A DNA stretch of 64,000 nt from an uncultured Pseudomonadales bacterium (GTDB taxonomy: Bacteria; Patescibacteriota; Microgenomatia; UBA1400; PJMF01). Both the position numbers and the translations under genes were made by a program. This document shows, one piece after another, positions 47,921-57,693 of the stretch; position 1 is the first letter of the stretch; the number at the start of each line of letters is the position of its first letter. The notes under the pieces were generated by a model. The model saw nothing but the letters and a program-made list of their open reading frames with translations, had not been told where the DNA came from and made no database searches. The stretch lies in contig CAYTIA010000002.1 in assembly GCA_964437755.1 (NCBI GenBank), forward strand, positions 34,107 through 98,106, read 5' to 3'.

Positions 47921-48148
47921 ATGATTAAGATAACCACAAAAAAACTTTTAAGTGAGATCACGCTGTTTTTAATTGATCAACTTGAAAAAAATGAGATATC
48001 TATAGGTAGAGTTAAGAAAATATCTCGACAGATTTTGGCTGTTTTTCCAGATGAAAAGTGTGATAAAGATGAATTTCCAGTTGAGGTATTATCGCAGTTA
48101 ATAGAAATACCTGAAATTGATACCTTTTTTCAACAAAAGAAATGGTAG
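47921..48148 (+). CDS. Small helical protein, paralog of 53129..53332
   Basis: 'LFLIDQLEKNEISIGRVKKISRQILAV'; stop overlaps the ATG of the next gene. Confidence 0.65.
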   Translation: MIKITTKKLLSEITLFLIDQLEKNEISIGRVKKISRQILAVFPDEKCDKDEFPVEVLSQLIEIPEIDTFFQQKKW

Positions 48149-51100
48149 CAGAAACGCCTCATCAAGAAGTAAACGCAGCCCAATCAAGGGAAGGAGAGTT
48201 TAGATTACGCGATTTATTAAGTGTTTTAAAAAGAGTAGCAGGACAAGAACCTCGGGTGGTACTTGCAACTTTTGTTAATATTGATGAATTTTTACCAACT
48301 GAGCAACAAAAGCAGCTAGTTAGTGAATTGCGTTGGGATCTTGGTGAAAAGAGAAAAACATATCGAAAATTTAAAGAGGCAGGAGTGAATCCTGAAAAGG
48401 CTCTGGATTTAATTGAATATCTTCAGAATGAGATACAGTTTTGCTCAGAGAAAGAGGAAGGTGAAGATAAGTCATGTGCGGGAGAAAAGATCTGTAAAAA
48501 TTACCGATATGAAGAAGGAGATTTTAGATATATTTGTAAATTGATTTCTCTTTCTGATGATCCAATTCAGCTTGTGATAGATATGGGGGAATTATTAGAT
48601 TTTAATGGTTATTATTCCTATCCATCAAGATTTATTTATCATCTTGCAGAATATGCAGAATCATTTTATCAAGCTCAACTTTCTCCACATTATCCTGAGG
48701 TTATTTCTTTAATAGGGGAGTTTTCAGGTGAGTCAGTTAAGATTAATTTCTCCGATTCTTCTTTTCGGTTCAACGAACAAGCTCAAAGAGACGAAAGACA
48801 ATTGAATAGAGTATATAGAGCAGTTCAAGATCCAGTGATTGTATTATCTAACATGGATCAGGTTGAGTTTAAGGGATTGTCCAATGGAGAAAATGTAAGG
48901 AGAGCAAAAGAGCTGTGGAATGAAATGTCTCAAGGAAAGAGTTTAAGGATAGAGTATATTCCAGAGTTATTAACCCTAGCTAATGATACTCAGCTTGCAA
49001 TTGGTTTTAAAGAAATGCTTGCTTACGATGGTCGATTAATGACGAAGATATACGAACAAGAACCTCAACAATTTGCTATTGCCATTGCGCGATTAAAAAA
49101 ACTCAAAGATGAAGTGCCTGAATTATGGGATCTACTTAAGTCTGGCTTTGATATTTCATGGTCATTTGACTATCCTCGTATGTATGGTTCAGATCCTCTT
49201 GATGTTTCGCAAATAGCTCAGCGTAGATACTCGTTTCAAGAAATATTGGCTAGTCAAAAACTAGTAACAAATGCACAGATTGTAGCTAGATATGATGATG
49301 AAAAATTAGAGGCAAGATCTTCCTTTGACGATATTTCTGATTATAAAAGGTATCGTTATACTTCCGATCCAGAAACTCTTGAGAAGAGTTATATTGCAGC
49401 TTATTCACTTGGACAGATATTTCAAAGATCGCGTTTTTCTGACATAAATAGGTACTATTTATGGCAAAACATAACTGAAACTGGCTGTCTAGATCATTTA
49501 TCAATTGAACAACTCAATCAGTTATTTACCCCTTTTGCTCAACTCATAGCAACAAAAGACTCTTCTTTTGTGGATGTTTTAGCTAAGATGGAGCCAAAGC
49601 TTTCTGATGTTATTGGATTAAGTCCCTCATTGGTTGAAGCTAAGGACCGTTTGGAGAAATTGTTATCAGATGAGATGCGGCTAATTGTGTCTGATAAGTC
49701 TTTTATGGATACTGTTTTTGGTGGAGAAATCTCTGGAGCAAGAGACTGGGAATTGATTCTTTCCAATTTGGATCAATATTATCAGCTCTTTCAAAAAAAA
49801 GATGAATTAGAGGCAAAAATTCATCTGTTAGAACACCCCGAATCAGGAGGGTATAGAGTTTCTGTCACTAGAGATTTGCAATTACTATTTTTAGTTTTAG
49901 AAATACCAGATTCGGTTTTAATCGAAATGTCAGAAGAGTCTGCCTCTTTACATCTAACGGTGAATTCAGATGCTGTAAGAAGATATATCTCTTACAGACT
50001 TCTCACTGATGCTGAAAAACAACAACTGCTTGATGGTGTTGGCAGTCAAAAGTATCAAAATGCAATCAAAAGTATTTACGATACAAGACTAAGCCTTACT
50101 GATCTAAGAAAATATATTATGCTTGATTCTGAAAAAAAAGACAAAGTTTGGGAGATGGTAACTCAGTTAGAAGCGGAATTGCACATTAGTGTGGCAAATT
50201 TTAGTGATACTAATGATCTTATCGGATTTCCTCTTGGGTTTTTATGTGAGTTGGTATCAAGCGACTCACTTTATGTGACTTTTGAGAATTTTATCTCTCA
50301 TGTTTTAGATGAACAAGACGATTCGATTGATTCTAATGGCAGACTTAAATGTTTTAGAATATGTGCAATTTTGTTAGCTAATCATCAACAAGATTTAGAA
50401 TTTAATTTTAATGAATATATTACACCACAGGGAGTACCTACTTCAAAGTTATTACTTGAGTTAGCTAATTCCAATCTTACAAATTTACACTGGGTGAGAC
50501 CATATATAACTGATCAATCCTTGCAGGAGATGGAGGAAGACGATCGAAACTTCTGGAAATTTTGGATTACTTTTAATGATGATACAAATTTCCAAAGATA
50601 TCTGCTTGAAAATAAATCAAGATTTGCTGAGTGGATTCAGGATGGAGTGGCGACACACGCTTTTATCTTGGAATTAGCTAGAAACAATCTTGCCGGAATC
50701 GGAACGATTCAAAAACTAATTGAACCAGCTTTATTAAAGATGTCGAAAGATGAAACAGACTTTTGGTCTTTTTGGAAAACATCTTCAGCTGTTGAGAGGA
50801 GGGTGATTACTTCGAATAATGAGCGCTTTTCCCAGCTAGTTGTTGAAGGCGTTCCTACTGCAGTTTTCTATGAATTGGTTGCTAAAGAAAGTCCAGAACA
50901 TTTCATGGAAAACTATGACATCAATGATCTTGCCTCTGACTTAGATCAGAGAACTAGATTTAGAGAAATTGTTTTACAAGCTTTTATTGATAAACATACT
51001 CAGAATCCATATTTTCAAATGGTTTATCGTTTATTAAAAGGAGAGATTGCCGACAGGGGTGTAATAAGTGAATCAATTAAAGAGATGTTTAATCAGGGCT

Positions 51101-53061
51101 ATGGCATGGAGGTTGATGAAGAGTTTGTCACAACTCTTGATCAGTATATAGAAAATTCTCAAGAAGAAAAATACAATCCTATCATTCCAGATAGAGAGGC
51201 CTTTTGGAATGAAAATATACGAATATATTTAGCAGTAAGGAAACTCAAATGGACAATTAATGGATTTGAAAGATTTAGGAGTCTCGTCCAAAATTCTGCT
51301 GTTAATCAAATTTTAAGTGATGAAGGAAATATTGTTCGTTTGCAACAAATATCACCAAAAATTGGGTTAAATGCTAATAATATTTTTTATGTGAATAGTA
51401 CCTCGTTGTTATGGTTGTACGAGAATTCTTCAGTTGAACCTTGTGTTGGATTTTTTAGAAGAATTCTTAATGAGAAGCCAACAAGTTTGAATAGTTGCGC
51501 CTTAACCTTTAGTCAGATTTCTGAAGGAAAAAGAGCTTTACTTTTTACAGATCCTTTATACCAAGAAAGGTTATTTGAAGCGATGGGAGAGTTTAAGAAT
51601 GTCGTTCCATCTTTAATTGACGGCTATGTTTTAGAAGACGATTTAAATGAAAGAGTTGCTTTTAGAGAAAAAATTAACGAGTTTAGAAGACGAGTTCATC
51701 GGAACCTACCGATTTTAGACCTTGTAAAGAATTATGAAGATAGAAGAACTATTGCTGACATGATTGCTCTTACCTTTCCTGGAACAAATCAAGGTGGTAT
51801 CTTGTCACAGATTGAGATGGCAGGCGATAGGTGTGATGATCTTAAGGAACTAACTATCAGGGATGAAGGTTATGTTGGTCAAATCTTTTCTAGAGAGAAG
51901 ATGGTTATTTTGAGGGAGGCTAATCAGCCAATTGACGAGGGAATAATCAATTTATTAAGATCAGTATTTTCTCTTCCCCAAGAAAGACCACAAAATCAGG
52001 ACAAAGAGGCTCAACTAGCATCTAAAGGTTGGTCAAGGCTAATCAAAGAAGCTGGTTCAACTAAAAGTGAAGTATTTTTAGCTACAGCTATGAGCGAGGC
52101 TATTGCCTGTGTACGAGTGGCCATGGGTGAAAAAGTTGAACAGTTCTATGAAATGATCTCAAGGGATCTTTCTCAGGTACAAAGTAAAGCAGAGTTGTTA
52201 ACAAAAGCTAAAGAGTTGTTTGGTATTTATTATAAGGATAATGCAACTGAGGCAATTGATCAGTTCTTGACTCAAAATTCAGATATTGAGCAGCGACTTT
52301 TAGGACAGCTATCACCAAAAAGAATTCAAGCATTAGAAAAAAACATCGGTTCTTCGAGAACAATAAGTGAAGCTAAAAGACAAGAATTTTTGCAGATTAT
52401 AATCAATTTAAAAGATCCTCAAACTCCTGAAGTAAAAAGAAAAGCATTGGCTGGATTGTTAGCATTTTTATCAGAGAGGGGTTTGTTTGCTGGTAGCCAG
52501 GGTTTGCGTAAAAAAGTAGATAATGAGTTGGCCAAGTTGGTTTTAGTAGATAAAGAGGGAGAGGATGCAGTAGATGAATCATTGTTACTAAGAGGTTTTG
52601 CTACAAAAAATGCAGCTTCCTTTTTTGCTAAAACTACAGCTGGTATTTGTACAGCTCAAGACTTTGGTTTATATCATCGACCAGATCATTTTCATATAAA
52701 TCTAATTAATCAAGAAGATGTTGTGGTGGGAAATATTCAAGGGTATTTGGTCGAAGATTTTGAGGGCGAAAGAGCCGTAATATTTAGAGGTTTTAACCCT
52801 TCATCCAGCATTGTTAGTTCAACTAATGCTGCGGTTATTTGTGATCAAATGGTAAGTATTGTGAGGCAGCTTGCCGCAGACAATGGAATAAAACACGTTT
52901 TAATACCCCAGCAAAATAATTGGCATCCACTAACCAATCGAGTTGGTGAGGGAATAGTTGAATATTTTGCCTCTCGTTTTTATAAAGAAGAAAATAAAGT
53001 TGATTTTCAATTTAATATTACTGAAACGCAGGAAGTGAATACTTTTTATAAGATGGCCTAG
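48142..53061 (+). CDS. Giant (1639 aa) helical orphan with internal repeats and a C-terminal GNAT-like domain
   Basis: Long uninterrupted ORF; three GV[PA]T repeats; C-terminal 'GICTAQD...VVGNIQGYLV...IFRGFNPS...RQLAADNGIKHVLIP'. Confidence 0.75.
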   Translation: MVAETPHQEVNAAQSREGEFRLRDLLSVLKRVAGQEPRVVLATFVNIDEFLPTEQQKQLVSELRWDLGEKRKTYRKFKEAGVNPEKALDLIEYLQNEIQFCSEKEEGEDKSCAGEKICKNYRYEEGDFRYICKLISLSDDPIQLVIDMGELLDFNGYYSYPSRFIYHLAEYAESFYQAQLSPHYPEVISLIGEFSGESVKINFSDSSFRFNEQAQRDERQLNRVYRAVQDPVIVLSNMDQVEFKGLSNGENVRRAKELWNEMSQGKSLRIEYIPELLTLANDTQLAIGFKEMLAYDGRLMTKIYEQEPQQFAIAIARLKKLKDEVPELWDLLKSGFDISWSFDYPRMYGSDPLDVSQIAQRRYSFQEILASQKLVTNAQIVARYDDEKLEARSSFDDISDYKRYRYTSDPETLEKSYIAAYSLGQIFQRSRFSDINRYYLWQNITETGCLDHLSIEQLNQLFTPFAQLIATKDSSFVDVLAKMEPKLSDVIGLSPSLVEAKDRLEKLLSDEMRLIVSDKSFMDTVFGGEISGARDWELILSNLDQYYQLFQKKDELEAKIHLLEHPESGGYRVSVTRDLQLLFLVLEIPDSVLIEMSEESASLHLTVNSDAVRRYISYRLLTDAEKQQLLDGVGSQKYQNAIKSIYDTRLSLTDLRKYIMLDSEKKDKVWEMVTQLEAELHISVANFSDTNDLIGFPLGFLCELVSSDSLYVTFENFISHVLDEQDDSIDSNGRLKCFRICAILLANHQQDLEFNFNEYITPQGVPTSKLLLELANSNLTNLHWVRPYITDQSLQEMEEDDRNFWKFWITFNDDTNFQRYLLENKSRFAEWIQDGVATHAFILELARNNLAGIGTIQKLIEPALLKMSKDETDFWSFWKTSSAVERRVITSNNERFSQLVVEGVPTAVFYELVAKESPEHFMENYDINDLASDLDQRTRFREIVLQAFIDKHTQNPYFQMVYRLLKGEIADRGVISESIKEMFNQGYGMEVDEEFVTTLDQYIENSQEEKYNPIIPDREAFWNENIRIYLAVRKLKWTINGFERFRSLVQNSAVNQILSDEGNIVRLQQISPKIGLNANNIFYVNSTSLLWLYENSSVEPCVGFFRRILNEKPTSLNSCALTFSQISEGKRALLFTDPLYQERLFEAMGEFKNVVPSLIDGYVLEDDLNERVAFREKINEFRRRVHRNLPILDLVKNYEDRRTIADMIALTFPGTNQGGILSQIEMAGDRCDDLKELTIRDEGYVGQIFSREKMVILREANQPIDEGIINLLRSVFSLPQERPQNQDKEAQLASKGWSRLIKEAGSTKSEVFLATAMSEAIACVRVAMGEKVEQFYEMISRDLSQVQSKAELLTKAKELFGIYYKDNATEAIDQFLTQNSDIEQRLLGQLSPKRIQALEKNIGSSRTISEAKRQEFLQIIINLKDPQTPEVKRKALAGLLAFLSERGLFAGSQGLRKKVDNELAKLVLVDKEGEDAVDESLLLRGFATKNAASFFAKTTAGICTAQDFGLYHRPDHFHINLINQEDVVVGNIQGYLVEDFEGERAVIFRGFNPSSSIVSSTNAAVICDQMVSIVRQLAADNGIKHVLIPQQNNWHPLTNRVGEGIVEYFASRFYKEENKVDFQFNITETQEVNTFYKMA

Positions 53062-53128
53062 AGATAAACATATTTCTAATTGGTTATAGAACACGCATAT
53101 TGATAGCACTTTCAAACTAGTTAGCAAA

Positions 53129-53332
53129 ATGAAAATCTATATGAAAAAAGCATTACCAACTCAAGTATATAGAATCTTGATGACTATATTAAATAGGCTT
53201 GAAAAAGGAGAAATTGATCTACCTGAGGCTTCTAAACAAGCAAAGATAATCAAAAGGGTTCTTAATGAGATAGATAGTAATGGTCAACAAAAAGCTTTAG
53301 ATTTATTAAATCAACTATCAAAAGAATTATGA
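53129..53332 (+). CDS. Small helical protein, paralog of 47921..48148
   Basis: 'MTILNRLEKGEIDLPEASKQAKIIKRV'; ATGA overlap with the next gene. Confidence 0.65.
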   Translation: MKIYMKKALPTQVYRILMTILNRLEKGEIDLPEASKQAKIIKRVLNEIDSNGQQKALDLLNQLSKEL

Positions 53333-54048
53333 GCCAAGAAGAGTTGTTGACGATTTTGGCTACCCCACAAGCTGAAAAAAGCAATGGAACGACTTCTGCT
53401 TTAGAAATATATCATCAGTTAAAACAAGTAGAAAAACAGGTTCTTCTTGATCCAAGAATGTCAAGTGAAGTATTGATTGCTTTCACAAGGATTGTCCATA
53501 ATCTTCCTAACTTTGATTTTTCAAGGAACGATGAGTTTGAAATAAGTGAGCCGATAATTATCAATGGTGTATCCATGAGTTTAAGTTTGTTAATCAAAAC
53601 TGATCCAGACAAATTAGACAGATGTTTAACCGCGAGACTCAGTTTTAATTTATCAGATAACGATAACCCCTTTTCATCACCAATGATTGATAAACCAATG
53701 GGAATCTTAGACTCTGGAGAGCTCTGTTGTAGAGAGATAAGATTTAACTCAAAAAAATCAACAACACTAGTTGAAGGAGTTTCAAGATCGAGGTCAGTTG
53801 AAATAACGAGAGGTTTACCAACTCAACTTTTTCTTTTGGCTCATTTTTTAACAAGAGCATTGATAGCAAAAAGTAAATTTTCAGGAAAAATTTTGGCAAT
53901 TATTGAAGATGCCGCCGTAGATCAAAAAACTAGAACTTCTTCTGGTTGGTCTGGTCGTAGGGCTACCGAAATAGGTTTTAAAAAAAGTAGGTTCCACCAA
54001 CTTTTGTTGAGGAGCTCTCATCCTTGTTATACTTATCAGTATCAATGA
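53329..54048 (+). CDS. Hypothetical protein, possible GNAT-like fold
   Basis: 'TRGLPTQLF...IIEDAA...GWSGRRATEIGFK' loosely resembles GNAT motifs A and B. Confidence 0.5.
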   Translation: MSQEELLTILATPQAEKSNGTTSALEIYHQLKQVEKQVLLDPRMSSEVLIAFTRIVHNLPNFDFSRNDEFEISEPIIINGVSMSLSLLIKTDPDKLDRCLTARLSFNLSDNDNPFSSPMIDKPMGILDSGELCCREIRFNSKKSTTLVEGVSRSRSVEITRGLPTQLFLLAHFLTRALIAKSKFSGKILAIIEDAAVDQKTRTSSGWSGRRATEIGFKKSRFHQLLLRSSHPCYTYQYQ

Positions 54049-54068
54049 AAACTGTATTTTGAACAATT

Positions 54069-55223
54069 ATGACTAAAGAAGATCGTAATGAAAGATTGGG
54101 AATTGGGGAAAGACTTAATTCACTTATAAAACAACTAAGAGCTCTTCTTGATCAGGGTAGGGGGTCAGAGGTGTTAGATATTTTGGCAGAAGTTGTACCT
54201 GATGAAGAACCCGTTGGCGAAGAAAATGCTGATGACGCAGAACTCGATCTTTTTCCAGGTGATGAGATCTTTTGGAATCCTGAGCTAAGATCAGTTGAAT
54301 CTCAAAAAATGATTCCCAGATCAGAAGATGATCAAGAAGCTCAGCAGCATCAAGAACAACAGGGGAGTATCTTGAAGAGTAAAGAGGAAATAGCTGAAAA
54401 AATATCTCCAGCAGACTGTGTTGAAAAAGCAACAATGTATTGCAGGTTGGTTGATAATGCTCACTTACCTAAAGAATTAATGAAACTGGTTATAGATCGT
54501 TTGGTGCTTTGGAAATTAATTGACCTCAATGATATTTCTGATAATATTTTTGAAAATTATCATCAATTTAGTGGTTTTATAAAAAATGTGCAAAGAGTAA
54601 GAATCGCTCAGCATAATAGTGAATTTATCAATGCTTTTAATAATGACCCATGGAATGGAGAGCCAATTGAGGCAGAATACACAGATGACGAGCTCGGAAA
54701 ATGGCCGTATCTCCATTTAGAAGCAATTAAAAAAAGTCTGGGAGATTCTTCGAAGTTTATTTTTAGAGTACAAAAGAATTTTTTTACAATGGTGCTTACA
54801 GAGCAAGATGATGGCTCAAGACAAATTGTAAGGCTAGCATCTTCCCAGAGGTCACAAGATCAGGTTCAAAATGATGTTTTAAATATGCCAGATATAATTC
54901 CAAAAACCGAAATAATTGCAGTTGGAAATAATGAGTATGTTATGTTAATTGAATGGATAAATGGAAAGACTCCGCAGACAGAGGCAGAAAAATTGAGGTG
55001 CTATCAAGCAGCGGAGGCTCTTTTAGTAGTGCCAATTGGAGAAGAAAATTTATATGACTTAAACTCAGGAAATTTTCTTATTGTGAATAATGATGGAGTC
55101 GAAAAAATTTACTATGTTGATAGAGATATACCAGCGAGTATTGTAAAAAATGGATTAGACCCAGATGGAGTTGAGTCAAGAAGAAATCAGTTTGAACGAT
55201 CAAAGAATGAGAAAGTTCGCTAA
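54069..55223 (+). CDS. Hypothetical protein with C-terminal protein-kinase-like fold
   Basis: 'IIPKTE...VMLIEWING', 'YDLNSGNFLI' (catalytic-loop-like), 'YYVDRD'. Confidence 0.55.
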   Translation: MTKEDRNERLGIGERLNSLIKQLRALLDQGRGSEVLDILAEVVPDEEPVGEENADDAELDLFPGDEIFWNPELRSVESQKMIPRSEDDQEAQQHQEQQGSILKSKEEIAEKISPADCVEKATMYCRLVDNAHLPKELMKLVIDRLVLWKLIDLNDISDNIFENYHQFSGFIKNVQRVRIAQHNSEFINAFNNDPWNGEPIEAEYTDDELGKWPYLHLEAIKKSLGDSSKFIFRVQKNFFTMVLTEQDDGSRQIVRLASSQRSQDQVQNDVLNMPDIIPKTEIIAVGNNEYVMLIEWINGKTPQTEAEKLRCYQAAEALLVVPIGEENLYDLNSGNFLIVNNDGVEKIYYVDRDIPASIVKNGLDPDGVESRRNQFERSKNEKVR

Positions 55224-55260
55224 CAACAATTTTCTCTATATTTAGTCAACTCCAAATCTT

Positions 55261-56058
55261 TTACTCTTCCCACTCAACTTTAACTCCGGGACTCATGGAG
55301 GCGGCAATAATCACCTTAACGAGTCTTCCCTTAAAAGCTTTAAATAAAGCCTGTAAGTTTTCAACTAAATGAGCTGTTTCCATATCTGTTTTACCAATGG
55401 ATACATGCATGAGTGGAGCTTTTCTTTCGGTTTTAAGCATCATGCTACCTGCTTGAAGCTCTTTTTGTCTTTGTTCCGGATTGGTAGTAAGGGTACCGCT
55501 TTTTGGATTTGGCATTAGGCCTTTTGGACCCAAAACTGGAGCAAACTTGGTTAATTTAGCCATGAACTGAGGGGTAGAGATCAAGACATCAAAGTCGATG
55601 TTATTGTTCTCTATCTTTTTTAAAGTTTCTTCTGAGGCAATCTCAACCACTTTTGACTGTCCGGTGGAATGGGGTAGAGAGATTTCTTTACTAATACCAA
55701 TTTCTCTAACTGTAAGGTGAGCAGAAATAGTACCGACAAATTTAGAATATGAAAGTTTCTTAACTAATTCCACAGCTGACTCTGCATCATAGCTTTTTGT
55801 TCGATCTACTTTTGAGCGAACTGCCTGATATTTTTTACTTCTGTGTTTTATTTTTTTTAAAGTTGGTGTCTTTTTTACTTCCTCTTGATTTGATTCAACC
55901 ACTGTTTCAGCACCATCTGCCACTTGCGTAACTTCTTTTACTACTTTCTCTTCAGCTTTTGGTTTTTCAGCTTTGGTTTTTTTTGCAACTTTTTTAGTTT
56001 TCTCTTTTTTTTCTTCTGTCATTTTTGTAGACATATCAACTGGTTTTTTTGATCCCAT
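55261..56058 (-). CDS. rplA: 50S ribosomal protein L1 with Lys/Glu-rich N-terminal extension
   Basis: 'LPHSTG', 'FDVLISTP', 'VLGPKGLMPNPKSGT', 'SMSPGVK'. Confidence 0.97.
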   Translation of the reverse strand: MGSKKPVDMSTKMTEEKKEKTKKVAKKTKAEKPKAEEKVVKEVTQVADGAETVVESNQEEVKKTPTLKKIKHRSKKYQAVRSKVDRTKSYDAESAVELVKKLSYSKFVGTISAHLTVREIGISKEISLPHSTGQSKVVEIASEETLKKIENNNIDFDVLISTPQFMAKLTKFAPVLGPKGLMPNPKSGTLTTNPEQRQKELQAGSMMLKTERKAPLMHVSIGKTDMETAHLVENLQALFKAFKGRLVKVIIAASMSPGVKVEWEE

Positions 56059-56196
56059 AAAAAAATCTCCTTAAGATAATTATTTTGTAATAGTAATATT
56101 TATTTATATAATTTTGTTCTCGTAACGCATCCGCTCTTGAGGAAACAGACGCTGGAACATTTTTTTCTTTAGTTAGAAGATAATTTCTTTTGTCTT

Positions 56197-56619
56197 CTAT
56201 ACAATCTTCACACCCATACTTTTAGCTGAACCCATAACGGTTTTAATTGCAGCATCAATATCTGTGGTATTAAGATCTGGCAATTTAGTTTCAGCTATTT
56301 GCTTGACCTGATCCATGGTTAGCTCACCGATAATATTAGTTTTTGGTTCTTTACTACCTTGTTTTTTGCCAATGACTTTGAGAATCATGGCTGAAACTGG
56401 AGGTAACTTAAGTTCAAAAGTAAAAGATCGATCTTGATAAACGGTAATTTCTGCAGGAATAATCTCGCCACGCTTATCGGCTGTTTTATCATTGTACTGC
56501 TTGATGAAGTCCATCATGTTGATACCAGCTTGACCCAAAATAGGTCCAACTGGCGGAGCGGGCGTGGCTGCTCCTGCAGGTAAATTTAATTTAAGAACAT
56601 TAAGTATTTTTTTTGCCAT
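56197..56619 (-). CDS. rplK: 50S ribosomal protein L11
   Basis: 'AGAATPAPPVGPILGQAGIN', 'GSAKSMG'. Confidence 0.99.
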   Translation of the reverse strand: MAKKILNVLKLNLPAGAATPAPPVGPILGQAGINMMDFIKQYNDKTADKRGEIIPAEITVYQDRSFTFELKLPPVSAMILKVIGKKQGSKEPKTNIIGELTMDQVKQIAETKLPDLNTTDIDAAIKTVMGSAKSMGVKIV

Positions 56620-56682
56620 AATTCTTTCTAAGTTGGTTATTCTATCATAATTTAATTAAATGACGGTCAAATATACTAGAAA

Positions 56683-57369
56683 CTAGATTTTTTCAACTTG
56701 TAAAAAATCAAGCTCAACTGGGGTTTCTCTTCCAAAAATATTAATTAATACAGTTACTTGAGCCTTGTTCTCATCTATCTTTTGAACTGTGCCCAAGAAC
56801 TCGTTAAATGGACCATCGGTAATTTTAACTGCCTCACCCTCGGTGTACTCAGCTTTGTATTGAGGAGTTGCTTGTTGAGCATACTTAGTGATGGCATCAA
56901 CCTCATATGCTGGAATTGGGCTAGGACGGCTACTAGCACCGACAAAACCCGTTACTCCTTGAGTAGTACGAACTGCTAACCAAGCATCATCTTCCATAAT
57001 CATATTGACCAACATGTATCCTGGAAAAACCTTTTCGGTGATGGTTTTTCTTTGACCTTTACGAATCTGAATTTTTTCTCTGGTTGGAATTAAAACCTTA
57101 ATAATTTTGTCGGTAAGATTTAGGGTAGTGGCGCGTTGTTTTAGAGTTTCAGCTACTTTGTTTTCTCTACCCGAATAGGTGTGAACTACATACCAATGAG
57201 CTTTGTCATTATCCTCATCGGCAATACGAACCAAATTTGGATCGTTGACTTCAACCTCCTGGACATCAGGAACTTTTGGAGTATTGGTGTTATCTGTGTT
57301 TCCCAGTTGCTCGGGGACTTCTTCTGGCTGTTTATCTTGAGTTGTTTGTGTAGTTTGATCTGTCATCAC
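56683..57369 (-). CDS. nusG: Transcription termination/antitermination factor NusG
   Basis: 'WYVVHTYSGRENKV', 'FPGYMLV', 'GVTGFVG', KOW 'DGPF...IFGRETPVELDF'. Confidence 0.98.
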   Translation of the reverse strand: MMTDQTTQTTQDKQPEEVPEQLGNTDNTNTPKVPDVQEVEVNDPNLVRIADEDNDKAHWYVVHTYSGRENKVAETLKQRATTLNLTDKIIKVLIPTREKIQIRKGQRKTITEKVFPGYMLVNMIMEDDAWLAVRTTQGVTGFVGASSRPSPIPAYEVDAITKYAQQATPQYKAEYTEGEAVKITDGPFNEFLGTVQKIDENKAQVTVLINIFGRETPVELDFLQVEKI

Positions 57370-57389
57370 ATTGATTTTAACTGTTAATA

Positions 57390-57581
57390 CTAATTGACCA
57401 GTGCCAGCATTATTTGTTGGAGTAGATAATCAACTCCGCCAATATAGGTTGCTGTAACGATACTAATTACAATTACCAATACAGTTTGATTAATTGTTTG
57501 TATCTTACTTGGCCAACTTACTTTCTTGAGTTCGATAATAACCTGCTTGATGTACTTTTTGATGAATTTCATATAAATCAA
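57390..57581 (-). CDS. secE: Preprotein translocase subunit SecE
   Basis: 'ELKKVSWPS' plus single TM; directly upstream of nusG. Confidence 0.95.
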   Translation of the reverse strand: MIYMKFIKKYIKQVIIELKKVSWPSKIQTINQTVLVIVISIVTATYIGGVDYLLQQIMLALVN

Positions 57582-57693
57582 TTTATTCGTCAGCTGATAA
57601 GAGGCTTTCTCGAAGGGATAATTTTAACACAAAACAAAAAATAATTAACTATGAGTTTTGATAATGAAAAAATAGCTAAAATGATGACTAAGA

